A DNA stretch of 25,384 nt from a virus (Duplodnaviria; Caudoviricetes). The stretch is from positions 1 to 25,384 of IMG/VR virus record IMGVR_UViG_3300000574_000109; one strand, given 5' to 3'. The position numbers and the translations under genes are program-made. The notes below the pieces were generated by a model. The model was not told where the DNA came from. It made no database searches and saw nothing but the letters and a program-made list of their open reading frames with translations. Positions 16,049 through 24,145 of this stretch are shown piece after piece (position 1 is the stretch's first letter; each line of letters begins with the position of its first letter).

Positions 16049-17957
16049 GGCCCAGCTGGAAACCCGCGACCGCCTGGACCTGGCGGCCAGCCCGACCTGG
16101 ATGGAGGCGGCCCCCGGCGACAAGCCCGCCCTGCCCGGCTTCTCCATGGTGGGCTACACGGGCGCCCCAATGCGCCTGATGGGATGGGGCTCGCCGGTCG
16201 TCGTGGACCTGGCCGGGATGAAGGTGCGCTCCCAGGCGCTCCCGATCCGCCGGGGGCACGACTCGGGGCGCGTGGTGGGCCACACCGAGAGCGTGTCCCT
16301 GGAGAACGGCCAGATCACGGCCAAGGGCGTCCTGTCCTTCAAGACGGCCGACGCCCAGGAGATCGTGGACGCCGCCCGCAACGGCTTCCCCTGGCAGGCC
16401 TCCATCGGGGCCAGCGTAGGGAAGACGGAGTTCGTCCCGGCCGGCCAGCAGGTCACGGTGAACGGCAAGCCGCTCGAAGGCCCCCTGAACGTGGTGAGGG
16501 CCTCTTCCCTCGATGAGATCAGTTTCGTGGACATCGGCGCCGACCGCAGCACGTCGGCCAGAGTCGCGGCCCAGGAGAAACCCAAGGAGGATCCCGTGAA
16601 GACGAAAGCAGAGCTGGAAGCGGAAGCGGCCGAGGCGGAAGCCGCCGCCAAGGTGGCGACCGAGGACCCCGTCCTGGCACTCCGCGCCCAGATGACCTCG
16701 GAACAGAAGCGCATCCACGCAGTCCTCAAGGCCGCCGGCAAGCACTCGGCCATCGCCGAGAAGGCGATGAGCGAGGGCTGGGACCTGAGCCGGACGGAGC
16801 TGGAGGTCCTCCGGGCGGAGCGCCCGGCGGCCCCCGGCGTCATCGTCCGGCACGAGGCGACGACGGCGGACGTCCTGGAGGCGGGCGTCGCCCTTTCCGG
16901 CGGCCTGCCCGGCATCGAGAAGCAGTACAAGCCCGAGGTCCTGGAGGCCGCGAGCCGGATCTTCCGGCGCCAGATGGGGCTCCAGGAGCTCCTCCTGGAG
17001 GCGGCCCGCGCCCAGGGCTACTCCGGGCGCTCCTTCCGTTCCGACATGCGGGGCGTCCTGGAGGCGGCGTTTTCCACGCTCTCCCTGCCCGGGATCCTCT
17101 CGAACGTGATGAACAAGTTCCTGCTCCAGGGGTTCGACGGGGTGGAGGGGACCTGGCGGGCCATCGCCGCGACCCGCAACGTCCGGGACTTCAAGCAGGT
17201 CTCCAGCTACCGCCTCTCGGGCGGCATGGAGTACGAGGAGGTGAGCCCCGACGGCGAGCTCAAGCATGGGGAGCTCGGGGAGCAGACCTTCCACAACCAG
17301 GCCAAGACCTACGGGAAGATGTTCTCGATCACCCGGCAGGACCTCATCAACGACGACCTGGGGGCCCTGACCCAGGTGCCCATGAGGATCGGCCGCGGCG
17401 CGGCCCTGAAGCTGAACAAGGTCTTCTGGACCGAGTTCCTGAACGATTCCGCCTTCTTCACCGCGGGCAACAAGAACCTGGAGTCCACGACCGCCGGGGC
17501 CTTCGGCATCGACGGGCTGACCCTGGTCGAACAGATGTTCCTGGACCAGGTGGACCCGGATGGGAACCCGCTGGCCGTGACCCCCGCCATCCTGCTGGTG
17601 CCGAATGCGCTCAGCGTCGCGGCGGCCCAGGCCATGCGGTCCACGGAGCTGAGGAGCGTGGACGAGGGAGGGAAGTACCCGACCCTGAACCCCCACGCGG
17701 GGAAGTTCGAGGTCGTGCGGTCGAGCTACCTGAACAACGACGCCATCCCGGGAGGGAGCGCGAAGGCCTGGTATCTGCTGGCGCGCCCGGCGGACATGGC
17801 CGTGATCGAGGTCGCCTTCCTGAACGGGCAGGAGACCCCGGTGGTGGAGAGCGCGGCGGCCGACTTCGACACCCTGGGCATCCAGGTGCGCGGCTACCAC
17901 GACTTCGGCGTGGCCAAGCAGGAGCCCCGGGCCGGCATCAAGGCCGACGGGCAGTAG
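16041..17957 (+). CDS. Fused prohead protease, scaffold and major capsid protein
   Basis: Protease motifs HDSGRVVGH, WQASIG, EISFVDIGAD; Ala/Glu-rich linker; capsid motifs TYGKMFSITRQDLINDDLGAL, AFLNGQETP, DFGV. Confidence 0.9.
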   Translation: MIRAQLETRDRLDLAASPTWMEAAPGDKPALPGFSMVGYTGAPMRLMGWGSPVVVDLAGMKVRSQALPIRRGHDSGRVVGHTESVSLENGQITAKGVLSFKTADAQEIVDAARNGFPWQASIGASVGKTEFVPAGQQVTVNGKPLEGPLNVVRASSLDEISFVDIGADRSTSARVAAQEKPKEDPVKTKAELEAEAAEAEAAAKVATEDPVLALRAQMTSEQKRIHAVLKAAGKHSAIAEKAMSEGWDLSRTELEVLRAERPAAPGVIVRHEATTADVLEAGVALSGGLPGIEKQYKPEVLEAASRIFRRQMGLQELLLEAARAQGYSGRSFRSDMRGVLEAAFSTLSLPGILSNVMNKFLLQGFDGVEGTWRAIAATRNVRDFKQVSSYRLSGGMEYEEVSPDGELKHGELGEQTFHNQAKTYGKMFSITRQDLINDDLGALTQVPMRIGRGAALKLNKVFWTEFLNDSAFFTAGNKNLESTTAGAFGIDGLTLVEQMFLDQVDPDGNPLAVTPAILLVPNALSVAAAQAMRSTELRSVDEGGKYPTLNPHAGKFEVVRSSYLNNDAIPGGSAKAWYLLARPADMAVIEVAFLNGQETPVVESAAADFDTLGIQVRGYHDFGVAKQEPRAGIKADGQ

Positions 17958-17991
17958 TGGCCCTGAGGCAGAAACCCAAGGAGATGAAACC

Positions 17992-18330
17992 ATGACCACG
18001 AAGTTCATCCAGGACGGAGAAAGCATCGATTACACCTCCGGCACCGCCAAGGCCGCCGGGTCCGTGGTCGTGCAGAACGACCTCGTCGGCGTCTTGAAAC
18101 GCGACATCGCCGCCAACGTGCCGGGCGCCCTCGCCGTCTCCGGCGTGTTCGACTTCCCGAAGGCCACCGGCGTCGGCACCGCCATCGCCGCGGGGAAGCC
18201 CGTCTACTACGACGTGGCCGAGGACGTGGCGAAGGAGAACTCCGAGAGCGGCGCAAACAAGCTCATCGGCAAGACCGTCCTGGCGGCCGCGGACGCCGAC
18301 GCCAAGGTCCGGGTCAGGCTGCTCCAGTAG
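17992..18330 (+). CDS. DUF2190-like capsid decoration protein
   Basis: FIQDGESIDYT, GALAVSGVFDFPK, VRVRL; AAGGAG RBS; follows the capsid gene. Confidence 0.88.
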   Translation: MTTKFIQDGESIDYTSGTAKAAGSVVVQNDLVGVLKRDIAANVPGALAVSGVFDFPKATGVGTAIAAGKPVYYDVAEDVAKENSESGANKLIGKTVLAAADADAKVRVRLLQ

Positions 18331-18333
18331 GCC

Positions 18334-18726
18334 ATGACGGACCTTCTCCAATCCGGCTCCGAGTGGCTGGAGAACCGCCGCACCGAGCACATGGCCCGGC
18401 CGGTGACCTACCTGCGGGGAGCCCAGACCCTGGAAGGCGTCCCGGCCACCGTGGGGAAGACCGTGTTCCGGCTCGACACCGGCTACGGGCAGAGCGAGAG
18501 GTCCGAGGCCCGGGACTACCTGATCCTGGCCTCGCACCTGACCCTGGGCGTGGGCGATGCCCCGGCGCTGCCGGAGCCGGGGGACCAGATCGTCGAGGTC
18601 GCGGAAGGCGTGGCCTACACCTACGAGGTCATGGCTCCCGGGGGAGAGCCTGCCTGGCGCTGGTCCGACCCCTTCTTCCTGACCCTCCGGATCCACACGA
18701 AGCTCGTGAAGACCGAACCCGCGTAA
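18334..18726 (+). CDS. Head-tail joining protein (gpFII-like)
   Basis: 130 aa, beta-rich, PEPGDQIVE motif; position after capsid/decoration genes. Confidence 0.7.
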   Translation: MTDLLQSGSEWLENRRTEHMARPVTYLRGAQTLEGVPATVGKTVFRLDTGYGQSERSEARDYLILASHLTLGVGDAPALPEPGDQIVEVAEGVAYTYEVMAPGGEPAWRWSDPFFLTLRIHTKLVKTEPA

Positions 18727-18735
18727 GGAGGCCCG

Positions 18736-19038
18736 ATGCTCGCAGAGACCGGGATGAAGCTGGGGATGGGGGCCCTCCTCCTGGCGGCCCTGCCGCCGGT
18801 CGAGGGCGGCGACCAGACCGTCTGGGCCCAGTGGGGCCTGGCCGGCCTGGTCGTCGGCTTCACCTTGTGGCGCGATCACCTGCGCGAGAAAGCCATGGCC
18901 GGGGCGATGGAGAAGCGCCAGGCCGAGGCCGTGGCGCAACAGAAGTGGGTCCAGGAGACGCTCCTGTCCGCCCTGGAGCGCAACACGATGGCGATGCAGA
19001 GCCTCATCGGTGGCCGCCGGCAGGGTGAAAGCCCATGA
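18736..19038 (+). CDS. Small membrane protein, possibly holin-like
   Basis: AAGGAGG RBS; hydrophobic segments LGMGALLLAAL and WGLAGLVVGFTLW followed by a charged helix. Confidence 0.6.
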   Translation: MLAETGMKLGMGALLLAALPPVEGGDQTVWAQWGLAGLVVGFTLWRDHLREKAMAGAMEKRQAEAVAQQKWVQETLLSALERNTMAMQSLIGGRRQGESP

Positions 19039-19391
19039 GCGATCCCATCGCCTACTCGGAGCCCAAGGCCGGCACCCTGGTTCGGAACGCCCTCTGGGCG
19101 AACCTCCGCCTCGGGGACGTCGGGCAGCCCTTCGGCTACCCGGACCACGCGGACCGCTCCATCCAGGTCTCCGGGCCATTCGGGGTGGGCGGCGTCCTCA
19201 TCGTCGAAGGCCGCAACTTCGGCCAGAGCGGCTTCGACGTCCTCAGGGACTTCCAGGGGAACGAGCTCCTCATCACCGCGGCCGGCCTCTACCAGATCAC
19301 CGAGATCACGGACGAGATCCGGGTGCGGGTCTCCGCTGGGGACGCGAACACGCTCCTGGCCGCGGCCCTCATGGCCCGAAGGAGCCCCTGA
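19035..19391 (+). CDS. Hypothetical beta-rich virion protein
   Basis: 118 aa; ATGA overlap; alternating beta-strand pattern (SIQVSGPFG, IVEGRN, IRVRVS). Confidence 0.75.
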   Translation: MSDPIAYSEPKAGTLVRNALWANLRLGDVGQPFGYPDHADRSIQVSGPFGVGGVLIVEGRNFGQSGFDVLRDFQGNELLITAAGLYQITEITDEIRVRVSAGDANTLLAAALMARRSP

Positions 19392-19627
19392 TGCTGACGC
19401 CCGACGAAGCCGCCACCCGGGACAGGATCCAGGCCGCCGCCGATGTGGAGGTCGAAGACGTGACGGAGGCCATCTCCGGCACGAGCCTGACCAGGCTCCT
19501 CAGCCGGACCTGGACGAGCGCCTCGGTCGACAGCCGCTACGCGGAGTCCTACCGCCACCTGAATCCGGCCTCCAGCCCCGAGTGGGGCGCCTTGGCCGGG
19601 ATCGACGAGAGCGTGGAGGCCCTGTAG
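19391..19627 (+). CDS. Hypothetical protein
   Basis: TGATG overlap with AAGGAG RBS; 78 aa, fills the gap exactly. Confidence 0.7.
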   Translation: MLTPDEAATRDRIQAAADVEVEDVTEAISGTSLTRLLSRTWTSASVDSRYAESYRHLNPASSPEWGALAGIDESVEAL

Positions 19628-20935
19628 ATGACCACCTACTACGTCCACAAGTCCGGCAACGATTCCAACAACGGCCTCACCCTGGGCACGGCCAAGAAGA
19701 CCATCGGCGCCGCGGTCTCCCTGCTCGGCAGCGCCGACACCGTGCAGGTGTACCGCGGGGTCTACAAGGAGACTGTTGCGCCCACGACGCTGGTCTGGAC
19801 CCTCAAGGCCATTGGCCGGGTCATCATCGACGGCGAGAACCTCCGGTCGTTCGGGATCCAGGCCAACAACATCAACCAGCCGACGATGTTGCGCGTCATC
19901 GACGGCTTCGAGATCCGAAACTGCGTCTCGGCCGGTATCTATTCCGGGGCCAACAACTCCCTCGGGTCCTGGCCCTCCACCTGGCTCACGATCCGGAACT
20001 GCCACATCCACCACTGCCCCCGCGGCGTCATGGGCCAGCCGGGGACCTGCTCCGGGCACACCGTGCTGGATACGGTCATCCACGACTGCTCGATTGCCGC
20101 CTGTGAGCTCGACAATAACGGCGACAACTCGAACTTCCAGGGCAACCTGGAGCGCGTCACGATCTACGGTTGCGCCAGGGGCGTGTCGAGGTTCAACAGC
20201 CAGGGCGGACAGGTCAACGGCGCCTACGACATCAAGAGCAGCCTCTTCCTCAACAACGCGGTCGCCCTCTACTCCTTCGGCGGCGCCCCGAACACGCCGA
20301 GCTCCAACTACAACAGCTTCTTCGGGAACACCAAGGTCGCCAGCCGCAACGGGACGGACTACGCCACCCTTGCCGACTGGTTCGCCGCAACCGGCAGGGA
20401 TGCCAACTCCCTCAGCTCCGATCCCCTGGTCATCGACCTGGCGGCGGGGCTCGTCGCCCTCCAGTCCGCGTCCCCGCTCCTCGGCGCCGGCTTCAACGGG
20501 GAGGACATTGGCGCCAGAGGGGTGGCGAAGTTCGCCCAGTCCGAGGCGTTCAGCCACACGGACTGGGGGAGCGGGATCATGGTGGATACCCAGGTCGCCG
20601 GGGGGAAGATCGAGCTCGTCCCGCCCGCGACGGTAGGCACCTTCACCTCGACGGTCTACGACCTGGGGACCGGGGTGACCCGGCGGCTCACCGGCTTCGA
20701 CTTGATGGCGGACGAGACGGAGCCCACGGACGTGGTGGACGCCGACATCGATGACGCGGGCCCCAACAGGAAGACCATCGAGGTCCGGATGTCGGCGACC
20801 GTCTTCTCCCAGGCCGCGGGCTTCCCCGCCTGGGTCAAGATCGAGCAGGGGGCCAACGTGGTCCTGCCGAACACCCTGGCCGGGCGCTACATCCAGTACC
20901 GCCTCACCCTCCGCAAGGACGGGGTGGAGGCCTAG
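19628..20935 (+). CDS. Right-handed parallel beta-helix (pectin lyase-like) protein with C-terminal beta-sandwich; possible appendage or depolymerase
   Basis: YYVHKSGNDSNNG...KTIGAA..GVYKE N-cap; Asn/Cys ladders (IRNC, IRNCHIHHC, IHDC); SASPLLGAG; GRYIQYRLTL. Confidence 0.8.
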   Translation: MTTYYVHKSGNDSNNGLTLGTAKKTIGAAVSLLGSADTVQVYRGVYKETVAPTTLVWTLKAIGRVIIDGENLRSFGIQANNINQPTMLRVIDGFEIRNCVSAGIYSGANNSLGSWPSTWLTIRNCHIHHCPRGVMGQPGTCSGHTVLDTVIHDCSIAACELDNNGDNSNFQGNLERVTIYGCARGVSRFNSQGGQVNGAYDIKSSLFLNNAVALYSFGGAPNTPSSNYNSFFGNTKVASRNGTDYATLADWFAATGRDANSLSSDPLVIDLAAGLVALQSASPLLGAGFNGEDIGARGVAKFAQSEAFSHTDWGSGIMVDTQVAGGKIELVPPATVGTFTSTVYDLGTGVTRRLTGFDLMADETEPTDVVDADIDDAGPNRKTIEVRMSATVFSQAAGFPAWVKIEQGANVVLPNTLAGRYIQYRLTLRKDGVEA

Positions 20936-21265
20936 ATGCCCGACACCGTCGGCCTCATCGACCCCGCACTCATCATCGACCCGGAGGTGTTCCCAGAGGA
21001 CGACCCGCCGACCGTGTCCGGGATCGCGATGTTCCTCCCTCCCGATCCACCCAAGGTCGTCGGGGTCGGCATGCTCCTCGTGGAGGACAGACCCAAGGTC
21101 TCCGGGATCGGGATGCTGCTGGCGGAGGACAGGCCCAAGGCCGCAGGGCTCCAGTTCTTCCTGAAGCCTGACGGCCCGAAGGTGGGCGGCCTCGCCTTCT
21201 ACTCCGTGCCGGCCGAGGAGATCAGGAAGCTCTGCTTCCGGCCCTTCCGGCGGAGGGCCGTGTAA
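20936..21265 (+). CDS. Hypothetical protein with five 14-aa tandem repeats
   Basis: GGAGG RBS; repeats DDPPTVSGIAMFLP, PDPPKVVGVGMLLV, EDRPKVSGIGMLLA, EDRPKAAGLQFFLK, PDGPKVGGLAFYSV. Confidence 0.78.
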   Translation: MPDTVGLIDPALIIDPEVFPEDDPPTVSGIAMFLPPDPPKVVGVGMLLVEDRPKVSGIGMLLAEDRPKAAGLQFFLKPDGPKVGGLAFYSVPAEEIRKLCFRPFRRRAV

Positions 21266-21696
21266 TGCCCTCCGACATCCTCAGCACGGCCGACGCCGTC
21301 GTGGCCGCAATCAATGCCTCCGGCCTCCTGGCCCCATTCCCTGGGGCCCTGCCGGCCGTCCGGGCCTACGTGCCCCAGTACGACCTCAAGGACATGGGCG
21401 TCCTTCATGTGACGGTGGTCCCCAAGGGGATCGTGGAGGCCATCGAGTCCCGCTCCGTCGTCCAGTACGACCACTCGGTGGACGTCGCGGTCCAGAAGAG
21501 GGGCGGGGTCGACCTGGATCCCCTCCTGGACCTGGTGGTGGCCATCGCGGACGCCTTTCGCCTCAAGCGGCTTGCGGCCTACCCGGACGCTGTCTGGATC
21601 CGGACGGAGCACCTGGCCCTCTTCGACCCGGACCATTTGGCGAACCTGCACCAGTTCACCAGCGTCCTCACCCTGACCTTCCGGGTGATCCGGTGA
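21265..21696 (+). CDS. Putative tail terminator/completion protein
   Basis: 143 aa; TAATG overlap; alpha/beta pattern ending in FTSVLTLTFR; call is largely positional. Confidence 0.6.
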   Translation: MPSDILSTADAVVAAINASGLLAPFPGALPAVRAYVPQYDLKDMGVLHVTVVPKGIVEAIESRSVVQYDHSVDVAVQKRGGVDLDPLLDLVVAIADAFRLKRLAAYPDAVWIRTEHLALFDPDHLANLHQFTSVLTLTFRVIR

Positions 21697-22271
21697 AGCT
21701 CGTCTTCAGGGACGAGACGCCCAGGCTCAAGGCCGAGGTCGGAAAGGCGGTTATCACCAGCCTCTCCCACGCCGCGGGCTACATCTACAAGGCCGCCCGG
21801 AACTCCATCAAGAGGCGCAAATCCTCCTCCCTGCCGGGAGAGCCGCCCCACACCCAGACCGGCGTCCTCAAGCGGGGCATCGCCTACGACGTCGACAAGG
21901 GCAGGCAGCTCGCGGTGATCGGGCCCACGCGGTCAGCCGTGGGGATCATCGCGCACACCCATGAGTTCGGGGGCACGGAGCCCCCCAAGCATCCGGGGGA
22001 CAGGGGAGCGCCCAAGCAGCGATTCCGCCTCGTCATCGGGGGCTTCGGCCCCATCAAGCTCATCGGGAAGAAGCTGATCGTGGTGAGCCTCCGGACGGAC
22101 CGGCAGGTGGCCCGGGCGGAGGCCATCGCCGCCACGATCCCGCCCTCCAAGGGCGGTCCGCCGAGCCGGAAGACCCGAGTCTACCCGGCCAGGCCCTTCA
22201 TGGGGCCCGCGCTCCATCGTTCTCTTTCAAGGCTTCCGTCGTTCTGGGCCAACTCAATCAAGGGGGGATAG
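21693..22271 (+). CDS. Putative neck/tail completion protein (HK97 gp10-like)
   Basis: Basic protein; SLPGEPPHTQTGVL, HEFGG, PARPFMGPAL motifs. Confidence 0.7.
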   Translation: MKLVFRDETPRLKAEVGKAVITSLSHAAGYIYKAARNSIKRRKSSSLPGEPPHTQTGVLKRGIAYDVDKGRQLAVIGPTRSAVGIIAHTHEFGGTEPPKHPGDRGAPKQRFRLVIGGFGPIKLIGKKLIVVSLRTDRQVARAEAIAATIPPSKGGPPSRKTRVYPARPFMGPALHRSLSRLPSFWANSIKGG

Positions 22272-22274
22272 CCG

Positions 22275-22724
22275 ATGGCACGCAAACTCGGAATGGAAGG
22301 GAAGCTCTACCACACCGGGGCCGGGGGGCCGATCATCGACATGCCCGCCTGGACCCTGGCCGGCAACGTCCGCGACGTCGCCCTGAACATGGACACGGGC
22401 GAGGCCGACGTCACGACCCGCGGGAACAACGGCTGGAAGGCCAAGGTCGGAACCCTGAAGGATGGCTCGGTGGACTTCGAGTCCATCTGGGATCCCGCGG
22501 ACCCCTTCTTCGGTTTCCTGTTCGCGGCCTTCATGAACAAGACCGCCATCGGGCTCGCCATCATGGACGGGGACATCACGACCCCTGGCTCCGAGGGCTT
22601 GGTCGGCGACTTCGCCGTCATCAAGTGCACCCGCGACGAGAAGCTGGAAGACGCCATGAAGGCCCAGATCACGGTCAGCCTCACCTACTCGGCGACGGCC
22701 CCCGTGTGGCTGGTGGTCGCATGA
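22275..22724 (+). CDS. Major tail tube protein
   Basis: 149 aa; EADVTTRGNNGWK beta-hairpin; precedes chaperone and tape measure; no sheath gene nearby. Confidence 0.8.
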   Translation: MARKLGMEGKLYHTGAGGPIIDMPAWTLAGNVRDVALNMDTGEADVTTRGNNGWKAKVGTLKDGSVDFESIWDPADPFFGFLFAAFMNKTAIGLAIMDGDITTPGSEGLVGDFAVIKCTRDEKLEDAMKAQITVSLTYSATAPVWLVVA

Positions 22725-23200
22725 GGATCTTCAAGGACGCCAAGGGCCGGCCCTGGGAGATTGCGGTGGACGTCGTCGTGATCAAGCGGCTCCGCACCTC
22801 GATCCAGTTCGACCTGGCCGGGGCCGATGTGATGGCCACGATGCGGCGGCTCATCGAGGATCCGATCCTCACCTGCGACGTGGTCTATGCCATCGTGAAG
22901 CCCCAGGCGGACGCCGCGGGGATCTCCCAGGACGACTTCTGGGGGGCGATGGCCGGGGACCCCATCGACAACGCCTTGAGGGCGGTCCTGGAGGAGGTCA
23001 CGGATTTTACCCCCAACAGGGCGGCGCGGGAGCGGCTGACCCTGTTGCTCAGGACCATGACGGAGATGGCGCAGGTGAAGGACGTCCAGGCGGACGAGGC
23101 GGTGAAGGGGCTGGTGGCCAAGGGTCTCGCGTGGGCGAAGACGTCTGGCCCGTCATCTGGCGTCTTGCAGGCGGCCTCGGAGTCGACCCGTCCCACCTGA
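22721..23200 (+). CDS. Tail assembly chaperone (gpG-like)
   Basis: ATGA overlap; position after the tail tube; low-complexity tail overlapping a -1 frame ORF. Confidence 0.78.
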   Translation: MRIFKDAKGRPWEIAVDVVVIKRLRTSIQFDLAGADVMATMRRLIEDPILTCDVVYAIVKPQADAAGISQDDFWGAMAGDPIDNALRAVLEEVTDFTPNRAARERLTLLLRTMTEMAQVKDVQADEAVKGLVAKGLAWAKTSGPSSGVLQAASESTRPT

Positions 23201-23445
23201 CGCTGAGGGAACTGGCATGGATGACGGAGGGCATGAACCGGAACCGCTGGGCGCACACGGCCGCCCTGATGGCCCACCTGGCGAACATCCACCGGGACCC
23301 GAAGCGACCGGCCTACACGGCAGAGGACTTCAACCCGATGGTCGAGGAGAGGAAGGACCTGCCCAGGATGAAGGGCGTGAGCGCCCTGAAGGTGCTCCTG
23401 GGCCCGAACCCCAAGGTGGTCATCCGGAAAGCGAGCGGTGCATGA
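23131..23445 (+). CDS. Tail assembly chaperone C-terminal ORF (gpT-like), probably made by -1 frameshift
   Basis: In the -1 frame relative to gpG and overlapping it; LTLRELAWM and AHLANIHRDPK...DFNP motifs; no clear RBS; start uncertain. Confidence 0.72.
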   Translation: MGEDVWPVIWRLAGGLGVDPSHLTLRELAWMTEGMNRNRWAHTAALMAHLANIHRDPKRPAYTAEDFNPMVEERKDLPRMKGVSALKVLLGPNPKVVIRKASGA

Positions 23446-23720
23446 AGCGGTGCCTGACATTTACGGGACTGATCTGCCTGACGGGCTGCGCGCCCCTGCC
23501 CCCGGAGGCCTACGCGGCCGCGGGGACGGCCGCCCTCGCGGGCCTGGCGGCCTTGAGGGGCGCCCATGGCGGGGCGCCGGGAGGGCCTGAGGCCACACCC
23601 GTGGCCGGCCTGCCCGCGCTTCCCGGGATGCCGCCTGGGCTCTCCCCATGCATGCAGATCGTCTACCTGTGCCTGGCGCTTGGGATGTTCGGCTTCGCAA
23701 CTCTCAAAGGAGGGAAATGA
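23442..23720 (+). CDS. Lipoprotein with C-terminal transmembrane helix (u-spanin-like)
   Basis: MKR, hydrophobic core, LTGC lipobox; Pro/Ala/Gly linker; IVYLCLALGMFGFATL followed by KGGK. Confidence 0.62.
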   Translation: MKRCLTFTGLICLTGCAPLPPEAYAAAGTAALAGLAALRGAHGGAPGGPEATPVAGLPALPGMPPGLSPCMQIVYLCLALGMFGFATLKGGK

Positions 23721-24133
23721 TGGATATTCACCTGTCTCACGCAGACCTCTGGTGTTCCGCGGTGATCGGGGCCCTCTGCGGCATGGCCTGGGCCTGGGCG
23801 ATGTTCGTGCGCCAGGCCGAGCATGACGCCGGGAGCGCCTTCGACTTCGCCCGCTTCTGCTGGCCGGTGCTGACCGGCGCGGCCGTCGGGCTGGTCCGTC
23901 GGATGCATGCCCACGACGTCCTGAGTCTCTGGGGGGCGGTGGACCGCATTGGGGGCATCGGCATGGTCTTCGTGGGCCTCCTGATCCTCCAGCGGCATGC
24001 CATGAAGAGCCTGGGCGGGGCCGCGTCCGAGGGCGGGTCTGGCCTGCTCCAGCGCCTCAGGGGGGCGGTTTCGGGCTTCCTGAACCCGGCCAAACCGTCT
24101 GCCCCGAAGCCTCCCACGACCTCCCTGAACTAG
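23717..24133 (+). CDS. Multi-pass membrane protein (holin-like or exclusion protein)
   Basis: AAGGAGG RBS; ATGA overlap; about three hydrophobic segments and a basic, Pro-rich tail. Confidence 0.62.
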   Translation: MMDIHLSHADLWCSAVIGALCGMAWAWAMFVRQAEHDAGSAFDFARFCWPVLTGAAVGLVRRMHAHDVLSLWGAVDRIGGIGMVFVGLLILQRHAMKSLGGAASEGGSGLLQRLRGAVSGFLNPAKPSAPKPPTTSLN

Positions 24134-24145
24134 GACGGATCCCAC

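Noticed and set aside
14372-18026. Long minus-strand ORFs (14372-16147, 15888-18026) and similar ones such as 394-1602, 2225-3733, 7909-9162, 19289-20557
   Set aside because: They are antisense shadows of well-supported genes, expected in high-GC DNA, with no recognisable motifs
23717-23722. ATGATG as a holin/antiholin dual start
   Set aside because: No charged residue lies between the two Met codons; the ATGA overlap explains it
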